Of a DNA stretch of 64,000 bases, positions 1 through 10,018 are shown piece by piece. The stretch comes from an uncultured Lachnospiraceae bacterium (GTDB taxonomy: Bacteria > Bacillota > Clostridia > Lachnospirales > Lachnospiraceae). Position 1 is the first letter of the stretch. Each line of letters starts with the position of its first letter. Below the pieces are notes generated by a model. That model was not told the origin of the DNA. It was given only the letters and a program-made list of their open reading frames with translations, and searched no databases. The stretch lies in the NCBI GenBank assembly GCA_910585635.1, contig CAJUFE010000014.1, positions 3,675 to 67,674 of the forward strand, given 5' to 3'. The position numbers were made by a program, and so were the translations under genes.

Positions 1-2
1 AC

Positions 3-740
3 CTTCTGGCGATCGTAGATCCGGATGAGACAGACCTTAAAGGGAACCTGCTTTTGGATAAGATCCTGGGGGCAGAGGTCCATATCATCAAGATGGAGGC
101 TGGCGAAACAGAAGAAGAGGCCTATGAACGGATGTACCGTCTGGGGAAAGCGCATATCGCCAGACTGGAGGCTGAAGGCCATCGATGCTATGATGTCCCT
201 ATGGGAGGAGCCAGCATCGTAGGGACCGCAGGCTTCATCGGCGGCTTGGTGGAGCTTAAGGAACAGATGGACCAGATCGGGGTCCACTGCGACTATCTTT
301 TCCACGCTAATGGCACTGGAGGCACCATGGCCGGTCTGGCGGCCGGAAAAAAGCTGATCGGCGCAAACATGCACATCGTGTCTGTGGATGTGACCTGCCA
401 TGATGCCGCCTATAAGGCCAGCCGTGTCCAGCTGGGCAATGATACCCTGCGATGGCTGGGCGCGGAGCCGGTGCTGACCGAGGATGACCTTGACATCGAT
501 CCCTCCTACTATCTGCCGGGCTATGAGGTCCCCAGCAAAGGAGGGACCGAGGCGATCAAGCTGATGGCAGAGCAGGAAGGGCTGCTCCTAGATCCGGTCT
601 ACAGCGGGAAAGGCTTTGCCGGGCTGATCGACTATATCCGCTCCGGCAAGGTCGCGCCAGGCAGCAATGTGGTATTCCTGCATACAGGTGGGGCTACTGC
701 TCTCTTCGCCGAAAAAGAGATCCTGGGAGAGCTTTACTGA
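3..740 (+). CDS. D-cysteine desulfhydrase / ACC deaminase family PLP enzyme (5'-partial)
   Basis: Frame is open from the window edge (...KGNLLLDKILGA); motifs GTGGTMAGL, EGLLLDPVYSGK and VVFLHTGG are typical of the family. Confidence 0.9.
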   Translation, partial: LLAIVDPDETDLKGNLLLDKILGAEVHIIKMEAGETEEEAYERMYRLGKAHIARLEAEGHRCYDVPMGGASIVGTAGFIGGLVELKEQMDQIGVHCDYLFHANGTGGTMAGLAAGKKLIGANMHIVSVDVTCHDAAYKASRVQLGNDTLRWLGAEPVLTEDDLDIDPSYYLPGYEVPSKGGTEAIKLMAEQEGLLLDPVYSGKGFAGLIDYIRSGKVAPGSNVVFLHTGGATALFAEKEILGELY

Positions 741-789
741 TCCGGCTTCCATCCGGCTTCCCATGACCATCCAAGGCGCGCAGATCCGC

Positions 790-1164
790 TCACCGGTGGT
801 CACACCGCTCACACTGCGCCAGCATCTGTTCACTGTCATTTTTGTAGAAGATCCCGGACCATGCACAGATGCTCTGGAGGATCGGGACCACCGATCCTCC
901 TTTATCCGTCAAGCTATACTCCACTCGGGGCGGGATCTCATCGTAGGATCGTCTCTCCACGATCCCGTCCCGGATCATCTCCTTTAACGCCGCCGCCAGC
1001 ACCGCGTCCGTGATGTTGGCCATCTCCTTCCGGATCTGGCTGTAGCGCAGCACCTTCTTCTCATTGAGCACACAGATGATCCGCGCCTTCCACTTTCCGC
1101 CAAAGATATCCAATCCGTACTCTAACGGACAGCGGATGTCCTGGGCGATCTTCTTCTGATACAT
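790..1164 (-). CDS. HxlR family winged-helix transcriptional regulator
   Basis: CPLEYGLDIFGGKWK...RRSYDEIPPRVEYSLT signature; divergent from a flavin-binding gene. Confidence 0.92.
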   Translation of the reverse strand: MYQKKIAQDIRCPLEYGLDIFGGKWKARIICVLNEKKVLRYSQIRKEMANITDAVLAAALKEMIRDGIVERRSYDEIPPRVEYSLTDKGGSVVPILQSICAWSGIFYKNDSEQMLAQCERCDHR

Positions 1165-1409
1165 GGCTCTCTCCTCCTTCTTTGGTCATCTTCACACCGA
1201 TGTCCGTTCTGCAGCCCCTCCTAGAGCATACCCCACAGCCGCCCCACACGCAAGTAACTATGAAATTTAATAGCTGCTAATAAATTTGCTAATATCTTGT
1301 CCCACAGGAGCCCATCTCCTATAATGGGCACAGCACACAACAAATGCTGCTTTAAACAAATCGCGCAGAGGACAGCGCGGCAAAGGATCTTTTAAAGGAG
1401 GTATCCTGT

Positions 1410-1805
1410 ATGTTCAATGAAAACGTGATCAAAGTATTAAAGGAAAGTATGTGGGACCTGGCCACCTGCCAGGACGGCATGCCCAATGTGGTCCCGGTGG
1501 CCTTTAAGGATGTGACGGAGGATGGGAAGCTGTTAGTAGGCGATGTCTTCTTGGAGACCACATTAAAGAACATCCAGACGAACAATGGCCGGATCGCGGT
1601 CTCCGCCTATGACGCAAAGAGCCTGGAGGGCTATCAGATCAAAGGCACGGCCCAGTATGTGACCGAAGGCCCCGTGGTAGACACCTTCAAGGCCATGGTA
1701 GAAAAGATGTTTAATGGCGCCGCCACAGCAAAGGGCGCCCTGATCATCACCCCGGAAAAGGTGATCGTCACCACGCCGGGAGCGGAGAATAAGAAAGAGC
1801 TGTAA
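1410..1805 (+). CDS. Pyridoxamine 5'-phosphate oxidase-like FMN-binding protein
   Basis: LAT..DGMPNVVPV, TLKNI..N..IAV, GYQIKG split-barrel motifs; AAGGAGG RBS. Confidence 0.85.
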   Translation: MFNENVIKVLKESMWDLATCQDGMPNVVPVAFKDVTEDGKLLVGDVFLETTLKNIQTNNGRIAVSAYDAKSLEGYQIKGTAQYVTEGPVVDTFKAMVEKMFNGAATAKGALIITPEKVIVTTPGAENKKEL

Positions 1806-2046
1806 AAAAGGCCCCACAGCCATTAACAAAAAAGAGCTGTCGTGATCTACTGCTTATACGCATAGGCGCGGACCATGTGGTCTGGATGCCATATCTTGTA
1901 TATAGCCGTTGCTCTGCGACAGCCCATCTTTCTTTTTACAGAGAGAACACTCCAGATGCTCACAAAAAGCAAGATAATAAGCAAGTTGACAGGGGATCCC
2001 CAAGGGAAAAGAAGGGACCAGCAGTATATAAGGAGCGCTTAAGATC

Positions 2047-2089
2047 AAAAGCGGCGGCTTGAGATCTGTTATCTCAAAACCGCCGCAAA
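2047..2089. terminator. Probable intrinsic terminator between convergent genes
   Basis: Inverted repeat gcggcggcttgagat / atctcaaaaccgccgc flanked by A runs. Confidence 0.6.
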
Positions 2090-2117
2090 GCCCCTATCAA
2101 GTTTTTTCGGATACAGC

Positions 2118-2975
2118 TTACGATACAGATCGTTTTTTTCTTACAGGTATCCACACCTCATATCGTGCATTTTGAGGATCTGGATCTAAGTAGACCTCGA
2201 TATCCGGCGCGTCAGCATACTCATATCCGGAAGTAGGCAGCCATTCTGTGATGATCCGCTGTTCCAGTTCCTGGATCGAGCGGTTTGTCCCTGATCCAGG
2301 AAAGATCGCCCAGGTGGACGCGGGTACAGTGTATCCTTCAAACCCACTGCTATCCTTTGTGCTGGACACAGCGATGAAATATCTCCACTGTTCATCATCA
2401 TTACACGCACTTACCCCTAATAAGCCCATGGGAGGGCCCTCCATCATCCCGGCCAATCTCTGGATCGTCCCATCCACAGCCGCTTTTTGCCACATTTGAG
2501 GAACGACCATAAAGTTTTGCTCAACCTCTTTGTGCAGCGGAGCCGATATCCCGATGATCCGAAAAGCATCCTTGGTCTCGATCCGATATTCCATTTTTTC
2601 ACCTCCTTTAACCGCGATCGTAAATGTGATGGGTGGGAAGGATCGTACAGATACCCCACCGCTTTTTACAGCTGATGGAGCTATGCCATGGATGCTCTGG
2701 AACGCTCTGTTGAACGCGGTCGGTGAGCTGTAGCCATATTTTTCCGCGATATCGATGATCTTTACATCTTGATCTTGTAAGTCCACAGCCGCCAATGACA
2801 TCTTTCTTCTTCGGATATATCCCGCCAACGAGACCCCGGCCATATAAGTGAACATCCTTTGATAGTGATAAGCAGAACAGCAGGCGATCTGGCCAAGCCG
2901 TTCAAGATCGATCTCACTTGTTAGATGTTCTTCAATATACACGATACTCTGGTTCAGCCTTTCAACCCATTCCAT
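2118..2975 (-). CDS. AraC family regulator with C-terminal GyrI-like effector-binding domain
   Basis: N-terminal AraC HTH (YIEEHL...KYGYSSPTAFNRAF), C-terminal EWLPTSGYEYADAPDIEVY...EVWIPV; start placed at MEWVERL behind GGAGG. Confidence 0.9.
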   Translation of the reverse strand: MEWVERLNQSIVYIEEHLTSEIDLERLGQIACCSAYHYQRMFTYMAGVSLAGYIRRRKMSLAAVDLQDQDVKIIDIAEKYGYSSPTAFNRAFQSIHGIAPSAVKSGGVSVRSFPPITFTIAVKGGEKMEYRIETKDAFRIIGISAPLHKEVEQNFMVVPQMWQKAAVDGTIQRLAGMMEGPPMGLLGVSACNDDEQWRYFIAVSSTKDSSGFEGYTVPASTWAIFPGSGTNRSIQELEQRIITEWLPTSGYEYADAPDIEVYLDPDPQNARYEVWIPVRKKRSVS

Positions 2976-3237
2976 TGCGATACCTCCATCACGAAACCTC
3001 CATGCGCCCAATAGCGGACACGCAACCGCACATAAAGATCTGGCAAAACACCCCCGGCAAACCTGGACGCCTGCCGCCTGTCAGGCGGCGGACCTTCACA
3101 GGGACATGATCGGTCTCTACCCATTATAAGATATCTGAAAAGCTCCGTCCTCTCCATGCTTGCACAAAAAAGAGAGCTTGAAAGACCAGCTTGAAAGGCC
3201 ATCGAGCGGTCCAGATACCCTGGACTGTTACAAACCA

Positions 3238-4086
3238 TCACACCTGGATACGCTGCCCCACGGACAGATAATGCAGCTTCCCCATATACCCCTTCATAAA
3301 GTCAAACTGGGCCTTTCCGGTGCAATGGCCGGTATAGAAGACCGTCCCGGTCCGGTCCAGACGCTGGGCGTATCCCGCCAGGGTATCATCCAGCGGCAGC
3401 TTGGAAAAATGGAAGCCCCCGATCAGCACATCCGGCCGAAGCCACTCCACGATATTGAAGATCCCCTTATGGGAGCAGCCGCTAAAAAGGATCCGCCGCC
3501 CCTCCTCCTCCACCAGCAGATACTGTTCATGGCAAAAATCATCTGGCACACGTTCTCCCATGCAAAGATCATCGGGTACACGTTCTCCCTTACAGAGATC
3601 ATCGGACGAGCGCTCGCCTCGGATCTCCACCTCCAGCCCGGCGCTGTCAAGGGGGGATATCCGTTTCCGGTCATTGCAGGAATAGAGGGTGAGCCGCTCA
3701 CCGATCCCCATCTGCTCTGGAGTGTAGCGCAGTCGTCCTGTGCGCGTTACTTCCTCTCGGATCGACTGATCCAGTCCGATATACTTTACTGGTCCGTGAT
3801 AGAGTAGGTTAAACGCATAACGGCTCAGATAGACCGGCGCTTTCTGGTTGATCTGCAAAAAACGCCTGAGGCCGCCCCCGTGGTCATAGTGTCCATGGGA
3901 AAGGACCGCCATATCCACATCGGCCAGGTCGATCCCCAGCTTTTCGGCATTCTCTGCAAAAAGCTCTGTCTGGCCCATGTCAAATAGGATCTTGTGCGCA
4001 CCGGTCTCGATATACAAGGATAACCCATGCTCCGCCCCAAGGTCCTGCTCATACGAGATATTGTCTACTAATGCTGTGATCTGCAT
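3238..4086 (-). CDS. MBL-fold metallo-hydrolase
   Basis: EHGLSLYIE, FDMG, LSHGHYDHGGG, GCSHKG, GGFH and GHCTG motifs. Confidence 0.9.
   Translation of the reverse strand: MQITALVDNISYEQDLGAEHGLSLYIETGAHKILFDMGQTELFAENAEKLGIDLADVDMAVLSHGHYDHGGGLRRFLQINQKAPVYLSRYAFNLLYHGPVKYIGLDQSIREEVTRTGRLRYTPEQMGIGERLTLYSCNDRKRISPLDSAGLEVEIRGERSSDDLCKGERVPDDLCMGERVPDDFCHEQYLLVEEEGRRILFSGCSHKGIFNIVEWLRPDVLIGGFHFSKLPLDDTLAGYAQRLDRTGTVFYTGHCTGKAQFDFMKGYMGKLHYLSVGQRIQV
3531..3620. repeat. Three in-frame 30 bp tandem repeats inside the MBL gene
   Basis: Encodes GERSSDDLCK / GERVPDDLCM / GERVPDDFCH. Confidence 0.85.
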
Positions 4087-4131
4087 CGATCCACCTCCTG
4101 TCCATCTTGCTCCCTATCTTTCTCCTTATTT

Positions 4132-4198
4132 CCTTGATCGTCTTAACAGCCGGACCCTTGATCGTCTTAACAGCCGGATATTTCCTTAATAGCCGGAC
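4132..4198. repeat. Intergenic 24 bp tandem repeat (2 copies plus a degenerate third)
   Basis: ccttgatcgtcttaacagccgga x2, then ccttaatagccggac. Confidence 0.85.
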
Positions 4199-4203
4199 AC
4201 CGG

Positions 4204-5937
4204 CTATCGATATCGCCACCCCGGATAATATTTATTCTTTAGCATGCTCCCGTTCGCCCGTGCCCATCCCAGAGGGAAGTCCTCCAGGCAGACCAGACGC
4301 CAACCCAGGTTTTTCCCTTCGCTCTTATCCGGCTCTTTCCCAGTCATCTTTTTCCCGACCTTCTTGCGCAGTCCATCTTTCATCCCGCCATCCCGCTCCA
4401 CGCCATCTCCCGCCTCATCATAAAAGATCGTCTCTCCCTTCAGATACCGGAGCACCCGCTCATCCTCATGGGAAAGCCGGAGCGCACAGGGGAGACCTTC
4501 TGGCTTTACGGCCATCGCCAGGGCCTGGCTGGGTTCGAACCGGCCCTTTTTAAGATCCCCTAGATAAAGGCCTGTGCGGAGGTAGCGGAGCTTTGCCTCC
4601 TCCGGGAAGCCCTCCGGCAGATAGAACAGCTTGTCCTGGAGCTGGCGGACCCTCCCCGGCTCCAGCTGTAAGGCCAGGTCCAAGGACAGGTCCGCCAGGA
4701 ACTCCTCAAGACCTGCCGGGATCCCCGTTCGATCTGTAGACGGATCAGCTTCCGCCGCTTTCCCATGTCTTCTTTTGTTCCCCGATGCAGTTGCCCGGTT
4801 GTGCTGCACTCCGCCGTTCTGTATCCCGCTGTCCTGTACTCGGCTGCTTTGTGCGTTTATCGCTCCTGCACTTACAGCCTGTGCGCCGACGTTCCGCATA
4901 TGCGCCCCCGCTGCTCCCTTATCTGCCATATGCTCACCCTGTTCTCCTCCAACGCTCCCACAGGTCTTCTTACAGAGCAATGCCAGAAAATGCCCCTCCC
5001 CCTTGATCTTATGGGGAAAAAGGCGCAGCACGCCGGACAGGCCGAAGCCATCGGACGCGCCAGGAAAACCTGTCAGAGGCACCAGCTCCATCTCCGGAAA
5101 ACGGGCCAGCAGCCACAGCACGTTCTCCTCGTCCTCTTTTTTCGAGAAGGTGCAGGTGGAATAGAGCAGGCAGCCCCCCGGCTTTAACAGCCTGACCGCC
5201 TGGCAGAGGATATCCCGCTGGAGCGGCGCATAGTAGTCCGGTCCACGCACCGCCCAGTCCTTGATCATATCCGGCTCCCGGCGGAGCATCCCTTCCCCAG
5301 AGCAGGGCGCGTCCACCAAGATCTTATCGAAAAAGCCCGGCAGCGCCTCCGCCAGCTTTTGTGGGCTCTCGCTGGTGACACAGATGTTGCTGATCCCGAA
5401 AAGCTCCAGGTTTTTTAAAAGAGCTTTGGCGCGGGTATTGCTGATATCGTTGGCAAAGAGGAGGCCCTCCCCCTGCAGCCTCACGCCCAGCTCCGTGGCC
5501 TTTCCCCCCGGGGCCGCGCACAGATCCAGGACCCGGTCCCCCGGCTCCACCGGCAGGCGGCTGGCCGGGGTCATAGCGCTGGGCTCCTGGAGATAATAGA
5601 GCCCCGCATAGTAATAAGGATCCTTCGCCGCCGCCCAGCCTGGATCATAGTAGTATCCGTTCGCGGTCCAAGGGACCGGGGCCAGGAGCTTATCTATACG
5701 GTTAGGGTCCGCGTCTCTTTGTGGCCCGTTTTCCAGGAACGCCCCCTCCCTCCGCCCCAGACACGTTCCCCGGCTCTTTTCCAGAAGCGCGGCGAGCCGT
5801 AGGGGCGAGATCTTCCCCGTGTTCACACGGAGCCCCCTGTACCATGGCTGGGAAAATGACTCCAGATACGCAGGATATCCCTCTCCCAGCAGCTCTTCCA
5901 TTTCCGTTAAAAATGCCTTCCACACGCCTTCTTCCAT
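4204..5937 (-). CDS. rsmF: RsmB/NOP family rRNA m5C methyltransferase (RsmF-like)
   Basis: YYLQEPSAM, VLDLCAAPGGK, ILVDAPCSGEG, YSTCTF...E, GEGHF, C-terminal LKNKYYPGWR. Confidence 0.88.
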   Translation of the reverse strand: MEEGVWKAFLTEMEELLGEGYPAYLESFSQPWYRGLRVNTGKISPLRLAALLEKSRGTCLGRREGAFLENGPQRDADPNRIDKLLAPVPWTANGYYYDPGWAAAKDPYYYAGLYYLQEPSAMTPASRLPVEPGDRVLDLCAAPGGKATELGVRLQGEGLLFANDISNTRAKALLKNLELFGISNICVTSESPQKLAEALPGFFDKILVDAPCSGEGMLRREPDMIKDWAVRGPDYYAPLQRDILCQAVRLLKPGGCLLYSTCTFSKKEDEENVLWLLARFPEMELVPLTGFPGASDGFGLSGVLRLFPHKIKGEGHFLALLCKKTCGSVGGEQGEHMADKGAAGAHMRNVGAQAVSAGAINAQSSRVQDSGIQNGGVQHNRATASGNKRRHGKAAEADPSTDRTGIPAGLEEFLADLSLDLALQLEPGRVRQLQDKLFYLPEGFPEEAKLRYLRTGLYLGDLKKGRFEPSQALAMAVKPEGLPCALRLSHEDERVLRYLKGETIFYDEAGDGVERDGGMKDGLRKKVGKKMTGKEPDKSEGKNLGWRLVCLEDFPLGWARANGSMLKNKYYPGWRYR

Positions 5938-5948
5938 ACGCACTCCTT

Positions 5949-6785
5949 TCACCGATCCACCTCCCGGAGGGACCGCTCACTGTACCGCAGCACCCAGTAG
6001 GGATCGATACTGAGGCTTTCATAATGGTCTGTAGAGATAAAGATCCCCACATGGAGGCGGATCTCAAGGTTGCCCACGGTCCCCTCCTGGACACCGTACC
6101 CGGAATCTCCCATATAGCCCAGATGGCTCCCCGGGACCACCAGATCCCCCACCTCCCACTCCTCCCCGTACCCATAGAGATGGGCGTAATAAAAATACGC
6201 ACCGGAGGGAGCCCGCACGCCGATCCGCCAGCCGTCCTTTTCCGACCAGCCCACCTCCTCCACCGTCCCCCCGGTCATGGACAGGACCGGATAGGTGCCC
6301 CGGGGCGCTCCGTCTCCCAGGATATCACAGCCCTCATGGAGATGCTCTCCGCCATAGGTCCTGGCCTCCAGAAAGCTGTCCTCATAGGTGACAGGCGCCG
6401 CCCCCTCCCCGATCGAGGCAGGGACAGGGAAGCATCCGATGTCTGCAAAGACCATCTTGTAGGCATTTTTAAGCTTCCGGTATTCGATCGGCTTCCTCGC
6501 CAGGATGACCGCCTTTTGCAGGGACCAGCGGTCCAGCTCCTCCTTTGTCAGATGGGTCAGGTCATAGCTCTGCCCGATCATCAGCGTGGTCAGGCAGTCC
6601 AGATCCAGTCCCCCCTCACAGCCCGCTAAAAACACCTCTCCCAGCCTCATCTCACGGAAGGCGCGGGACTCCCAGGTATAGGCATCCAGCTGGTAGATAT
6701 CCTCATTTTTCAAGAAATAGTCCGAGAGCGCGGCCTGGTAGGCTGAAAGGAGGCCGATCGCCAGCCAGATCCAGAGCATAACCAT
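5949..6785 (-). CDS. M23 family metallopeptidase domain protein (LytH/YunA-like)
   Basis: HEGCD (HxxxD), YYAHL and GYMGDSGYG motifs; N-terminal hydrophobic segment; GGAGG before MVMLW. Confidence 0.85.
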   Translation of the reverse strand: MVMLWIWLAIGLLSAYQAALSDYFLKNEDIYQLDAYTWESRAFREMRLGEVFLAGCEGGLDLDCLTTLMIGQSYDLTHLTKEELDRWSLQKAVILARKPIEYRKLKNAYKMVFADIGCFPVPASIGEGAAPVTYEDSFLEARTYGGEHLHEGCDILGDGAPRGTYPVLSMTGGTVEEVGWSEKDGWRIGVRAPSGAYFYYAHLYGYGEEWEVGDLVVPGSHLGYMGDSGYGVQEGTVGNLEIRLHVGIFISTDHYESLSIDPYWVLRYSERSLREVDR

Positions 6786-6845
6786 GGCGCACCTCCACAT
6801 ATATTGTATGGACCATCTATATGCTGGAAGGACGGAGAAAAAAAC

Positions 6846-7991
6846 GTGAACAGAAGGAATGATCACGCAGGGACGACCGTGGGGCCAAACGTACCTGCAG
6901 GAGCAGCCCCAAGGACAGATCTGGGCCGATCAGCCGGGTATGGCACGCCTGTCGTCCCGGCCCTGGCTGTGGTCATGCTCCTGCTGCTCCTTTTTCCCAG
7001 GCTCTCCCTGGAAGGGGCGAGAAAGGGGCTGCTCCTCTGGTATCAGACCGTCCTCCCCACCCTGCTGCCCTTTATGGTATGTACAAACCTGGCGATCAGC
7101 ATGAACGCCATGAAGCTTCTGACCGCCCCCTTTGCGCCCCTTTTAAAGAAGCTTTTTCGGTTATCCGACCCGGGCTGCTTTGTCCTGCTCAGCGGGATCT
7201 GCTGCGGCTATCCCATGGGGGCGAAAAACTGCAGCGACCTTTTGGAGCAGGGCTTTCTATCCCTCCCGGAGGCCCGCTGTCTCTATGCCGTCAGCAATTT
7301 CCCCAGCCCCATGTTCCTGGCCGGCTATATGATGGCCAAGGCGTCACAGACTGCCGGAGCCTATCTGGTCCTGCCCTTCTGGAAGATCGCCGCGGCCGTC
7401 TACCTCCCGATCCTGCCCATGTTCTTTCTGGCTGCCAGGCTCTATGGCTTTCACAGAGAGTCCCCCATAGGGCGAGATGCCCGCCAGATAGGTCGGGAGG
7501 GCAATGATCCCCGGAGGGGTCAGAAGGGCCAGAAGGACAAACGCTCCTGGGGAGGCCAGGACCAAAAGGACACGGTCCCTTCCCACCCTCTCTCAAATGG
7601 ATCGGCAGATCGGTCCGCTCCCACCCTTCCCCTGGACGAGGCCCTGTCCTCTTCCATCGCTGTGATGGTGAAGATCGGAGGGTATCTGATGCTGTTCTCT
7701 ATCCTGGCCTGTTTTATCGGGCTCTTCGTTCCCCAGGACACCCTCCTGTCCTGTCTGCTGATCTCCATAGCGGAGATGACCACCGGCATGGAAGCAGCCG
7801 CCCAAAGAGTATGGGGCCTCCCCGGTGTGCTGCTGGTCTTGGGCGCCGGGACCTTCGGCGGTCTTTCCGGCGCTTTCCAAGTCAGGAGTGTAACAAAAAA
7901 TGCCGGATGCTCTATCCGGCACTATATCCTGTGGAAAACAGCCCACTGTCTGCTGGCCTGCCTTTTTCTGGTATTGCTGGCCCTTATCTAA
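6846..7991 (+). CDS. YlbJ-like integral membrane protein (nucleoside-recognition gate family)
   Basis: GLLLWYQTVLPTLLPF, CGYPMGAK, PSPMFL, EMTTG, FGGLSG; conserved position next to coaD-rsmD; GTG start inferred. Confidence 0.8.
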   Translation: MNRRNDHAGTTVGPNVPAGAAPRTDLGRSAGYGTPVVPALAVVMLLLLLFPRLSLEGARKGLLLWYQTVLPTLLPFMVCTNLAISMNAMKLLTAPFAPLLKKLFRLSDPGCFVLLSGICCGYPMGAKNCSDLLEQGFLSLPEARCLYAVSNFPSPMFLAGYMMAKASQTAGAYLVLPFWKIAAAVYLPILPMFFLAARLYGFHRESPIGRDARQIGREGNDPRRGQKGQKDKRSWGGQDQKDTVPSHPLSNGSADRSAPTLPLDEALSSSIAVMVKIGGYLMLFSILACFIGLFVPQDTLLSCLLISIAEMTTGMEAAAQRVWGLPGVLLVLGAGTFGGLSGAFQVRSVTKNAGCSIRHYILWKTAHCLLACLFLVLLALI

Positions 7992-8089
7992 CGCGGCGGA
8001 CCGCTTTCCCATCGATCCGCCGGGCATTTTCTATGTAAGGCCTTTTCTATGGCAGCATACGCCTGCAAAGGCAGGGTCCAACGTTGATA

Positions 8090-8659
8090 TCAGCTCTTCC
8101 CTTCCTCCGTCCCATTCTCCTGAACGCCGCCCGCCAGCTCATTGCGGTTGGAGGATACGATATCATAGCTGGACTGCATGGAAGTCAGGAAGGCGTCAAA
8201 ACGGCCTTTCGCCCCGTCGATGGTATGGTTGATGATGGTCTGGAGGCTGCGCAGCATATCATCGGTATACTGGACCGCGCCCTGCCGGATGTTATTGGCA
8301 TCGTTGACCGCGTTCTCCACGATGGCCTGGGCCTGGACATTCGCCTGCTCGATCACCTCATTGGCATTGGAATAGGCCCGCTGCATGATCTCATGCTCGT
8401 TCACCAGCTCATTGGTCTGGGCTGTGGCTTCGGCGACCATGGTATCGGCCTGGCTCCTGGCTTCGCTCAAGATCGCCTCCTGGTTGCTGATGATCTTCTG
8501 GTACTGCTTGATCTCATCTGGGATGCGCAGCCTGAGCTCCACCAAAAGCTCCTCCAGTTCCTCTTTATTCACTAAGATCTTCGTCGTAGACAGCGGCTGA
8601 TATTTGCAGCTGTCGATATACTCCTCGATCTCATCGATCAATTGTTCGATCCTGCTCAT
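8090..8659 (-). CDS. Conserved coiled-coil protein (DivIVA/ATP-synthase-B-like) downstream of coaD
   Basis: IEQLIDEIEEYID...LRLRIPDEIKQ followed by Ala/Gln coiled coil; usual clostridial coaD neighbour. Confidence 0.75.
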   Translation of the reverse strand: MSRIEQLIDEIEEYIDSCKYQPLSTTKILVNKEELEELLVELRLRIPDEIKQYQKIISNQEAILSEARSQADTMVAEATAQTNELVNEHEIMQRAYSNANEVIEQANVQAQAIVENAVNDANNIRQGAVQYTDDMLRSLQTIINHTIDGAKGRFDAFLTSMQSSYDIVSSNRNELAGGVQENGTEEGKS

Positions 8660-8728
8660 GATACACTCTCCTCACTTTTCCTCCGCCTGATGCGGCATTT
8701 TCCCTATTATCTGTCCATCTTCGTCCGT

Positions 8729-9211
8729 TCACCGTCTTTTATATTTTGCAAGGACCCGCTCTGCGATCTGGGGGTGTAAAAATTCCGAGATATCTCCGCC
8801 CAGAGAGGCGATCTCCTTCACGATGCTGGAGCTCAGATAGGAATATTTCAAGCTGGTAGCCAAAAACATGGTATCGATCTCTGGGGCGATGACCCGATTG
8901 GTCTGGGCCAGCTGGAGCTCATACTCAAAATCCGTAACAGCCCGCAGTCCGCGGATCATCACATTAGCATGGTTCTGACGGGCAAATTCGATCGTAAGGC
9001 CGTCAAAACACTGGATCTCGACATTGGCAAGGTCTGCGGTGACGCTCTTTAACATCTCCACCCGCTCCTCGATCGAAAAAAGAGGATGCTTGGCTCCATT
9101 GTGCAGGACACCGATCACAAGGCGGTCCATGATCTGGGCGGACCTTACGATGATATCGTAATGTCCCAGGGTGACCGGGTCAAAGCTGCCCGGATATACG
9201 GCTACTGACAT
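8729..9211 (-). CDS. coaD: Phosphopantetheine adenylyltransferase
   Basis: [31 protein letters not shown]. Confidence 0.97.
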   Translation of the reverse strand: MSVAVYPGSFDPVTLGHYDIIVRSAQIMDRLVIGVLHNGAKHPLFSIEERVEMLKSVTADLANVEIQCFDGLTIEFARQNHANVMIRGLRAVTDFEYELQLAQTNRVIAPEIDTMFLATSLKYSYLSSSIVKEIASLGGDISEFLHPQIAERVLAKYKRR

Positions 9212-9260
9212 CTAACACGCTCCTTCTGTCTTTACATAACTGTTCAGATACCCTGAACGG

Positions 9261-9815
9261 TTACGTCTTTACAACAAAAACATGCTGGTTGGTCTTATAT
9301 ATCTTGCGTTTGAGGATCTGCCAGCCCATGGGCTCGATCCAGCTGGTATCTGTCTGTTTCGATGCCTCGACGATCACCGTGGTATCCGGGCCGGCCAGAC
9401 AGGAGGTGGTCAGATAGTTGAACACGGCACGTTCCAGCTGCTGATCGTAGGGCGGATCCATGAAGATCAGGTCAAATGCCTTTCCGTCAGCCTCCAGCCT
9501 TTTAAGTGCCCCCATCACATCCATGGCCAGCACCAGGGCCCGGTCCTTTAGATGGGTGGTCTCCAGATTCTCCCGTATACACGCAAGAGCCCGCGGCGCA
9601 TCCTCCACGAACACCGCCATCGAAGCGCCGCGGCTCAAAGCCTCGATCCCGATCGCTCCGCTGCCGGCGAACAGGTCCAAAAATGAACATCCGGCCAGCT
9701 GGTACTGGAGCATATTGAACAAGGTTTCCTTTATCCGGTCTGTCGTCGGCCTGGTATCCATCCCCTCCACGGTCTTTAAGATCAGATGCCGGGCACTCCC
9801 CGCGATCACTCTCAT
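9261..9815 (-). CDS. rsmD: 16S rRNA (guanine966-N2)-methyltransferase
   Basis: MRVIAG, RPTTDRIKETLFN, LDLFAGSG, DPPY. Confidence 0.95.
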   Translation of the reverse strand: MRVIAGSARHLILKTVEGMDTRPTTDRIKETLFNMLQYQLAGCSFLDLFAGSGAIGIEALSRGASMAVFVEDAPRALACIRENLETTHLKDRALVLAMDVMGALKRLEADGKAFDLIFMDPPYDQQLERAVFNYLTTSCLAGPDTTVIVEASKQTDTSWIEPMGWQILKRKIYKTNQHVFVVKT

Positions 9816-10018
9816 AGCATCCCCCTCACTTATAGATCCTAGTATAATATGGATGACCGAGAAGTACAAGGGATTTTTCGAATGTTTTAAAAAATGCCCT
9901 TAAGGGAGCTCCTGCTATCTGCAGAAGCTCCCTGGTCTTAGAGTATGTGGGGTCTGACCTGGACCGGTCAGTTATCGTAGCAAAATGTGTGAGCAGGTAC
10001 CCGTGAACAGGACCTCCC

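Noticed and set aside
4132..4198. Possible mini-CRISPR from 24 bp direct repeats
   Set aside because: The copies are directly adjacent with no spacers, and no cas genes are in the window; a simple tandem duplication.
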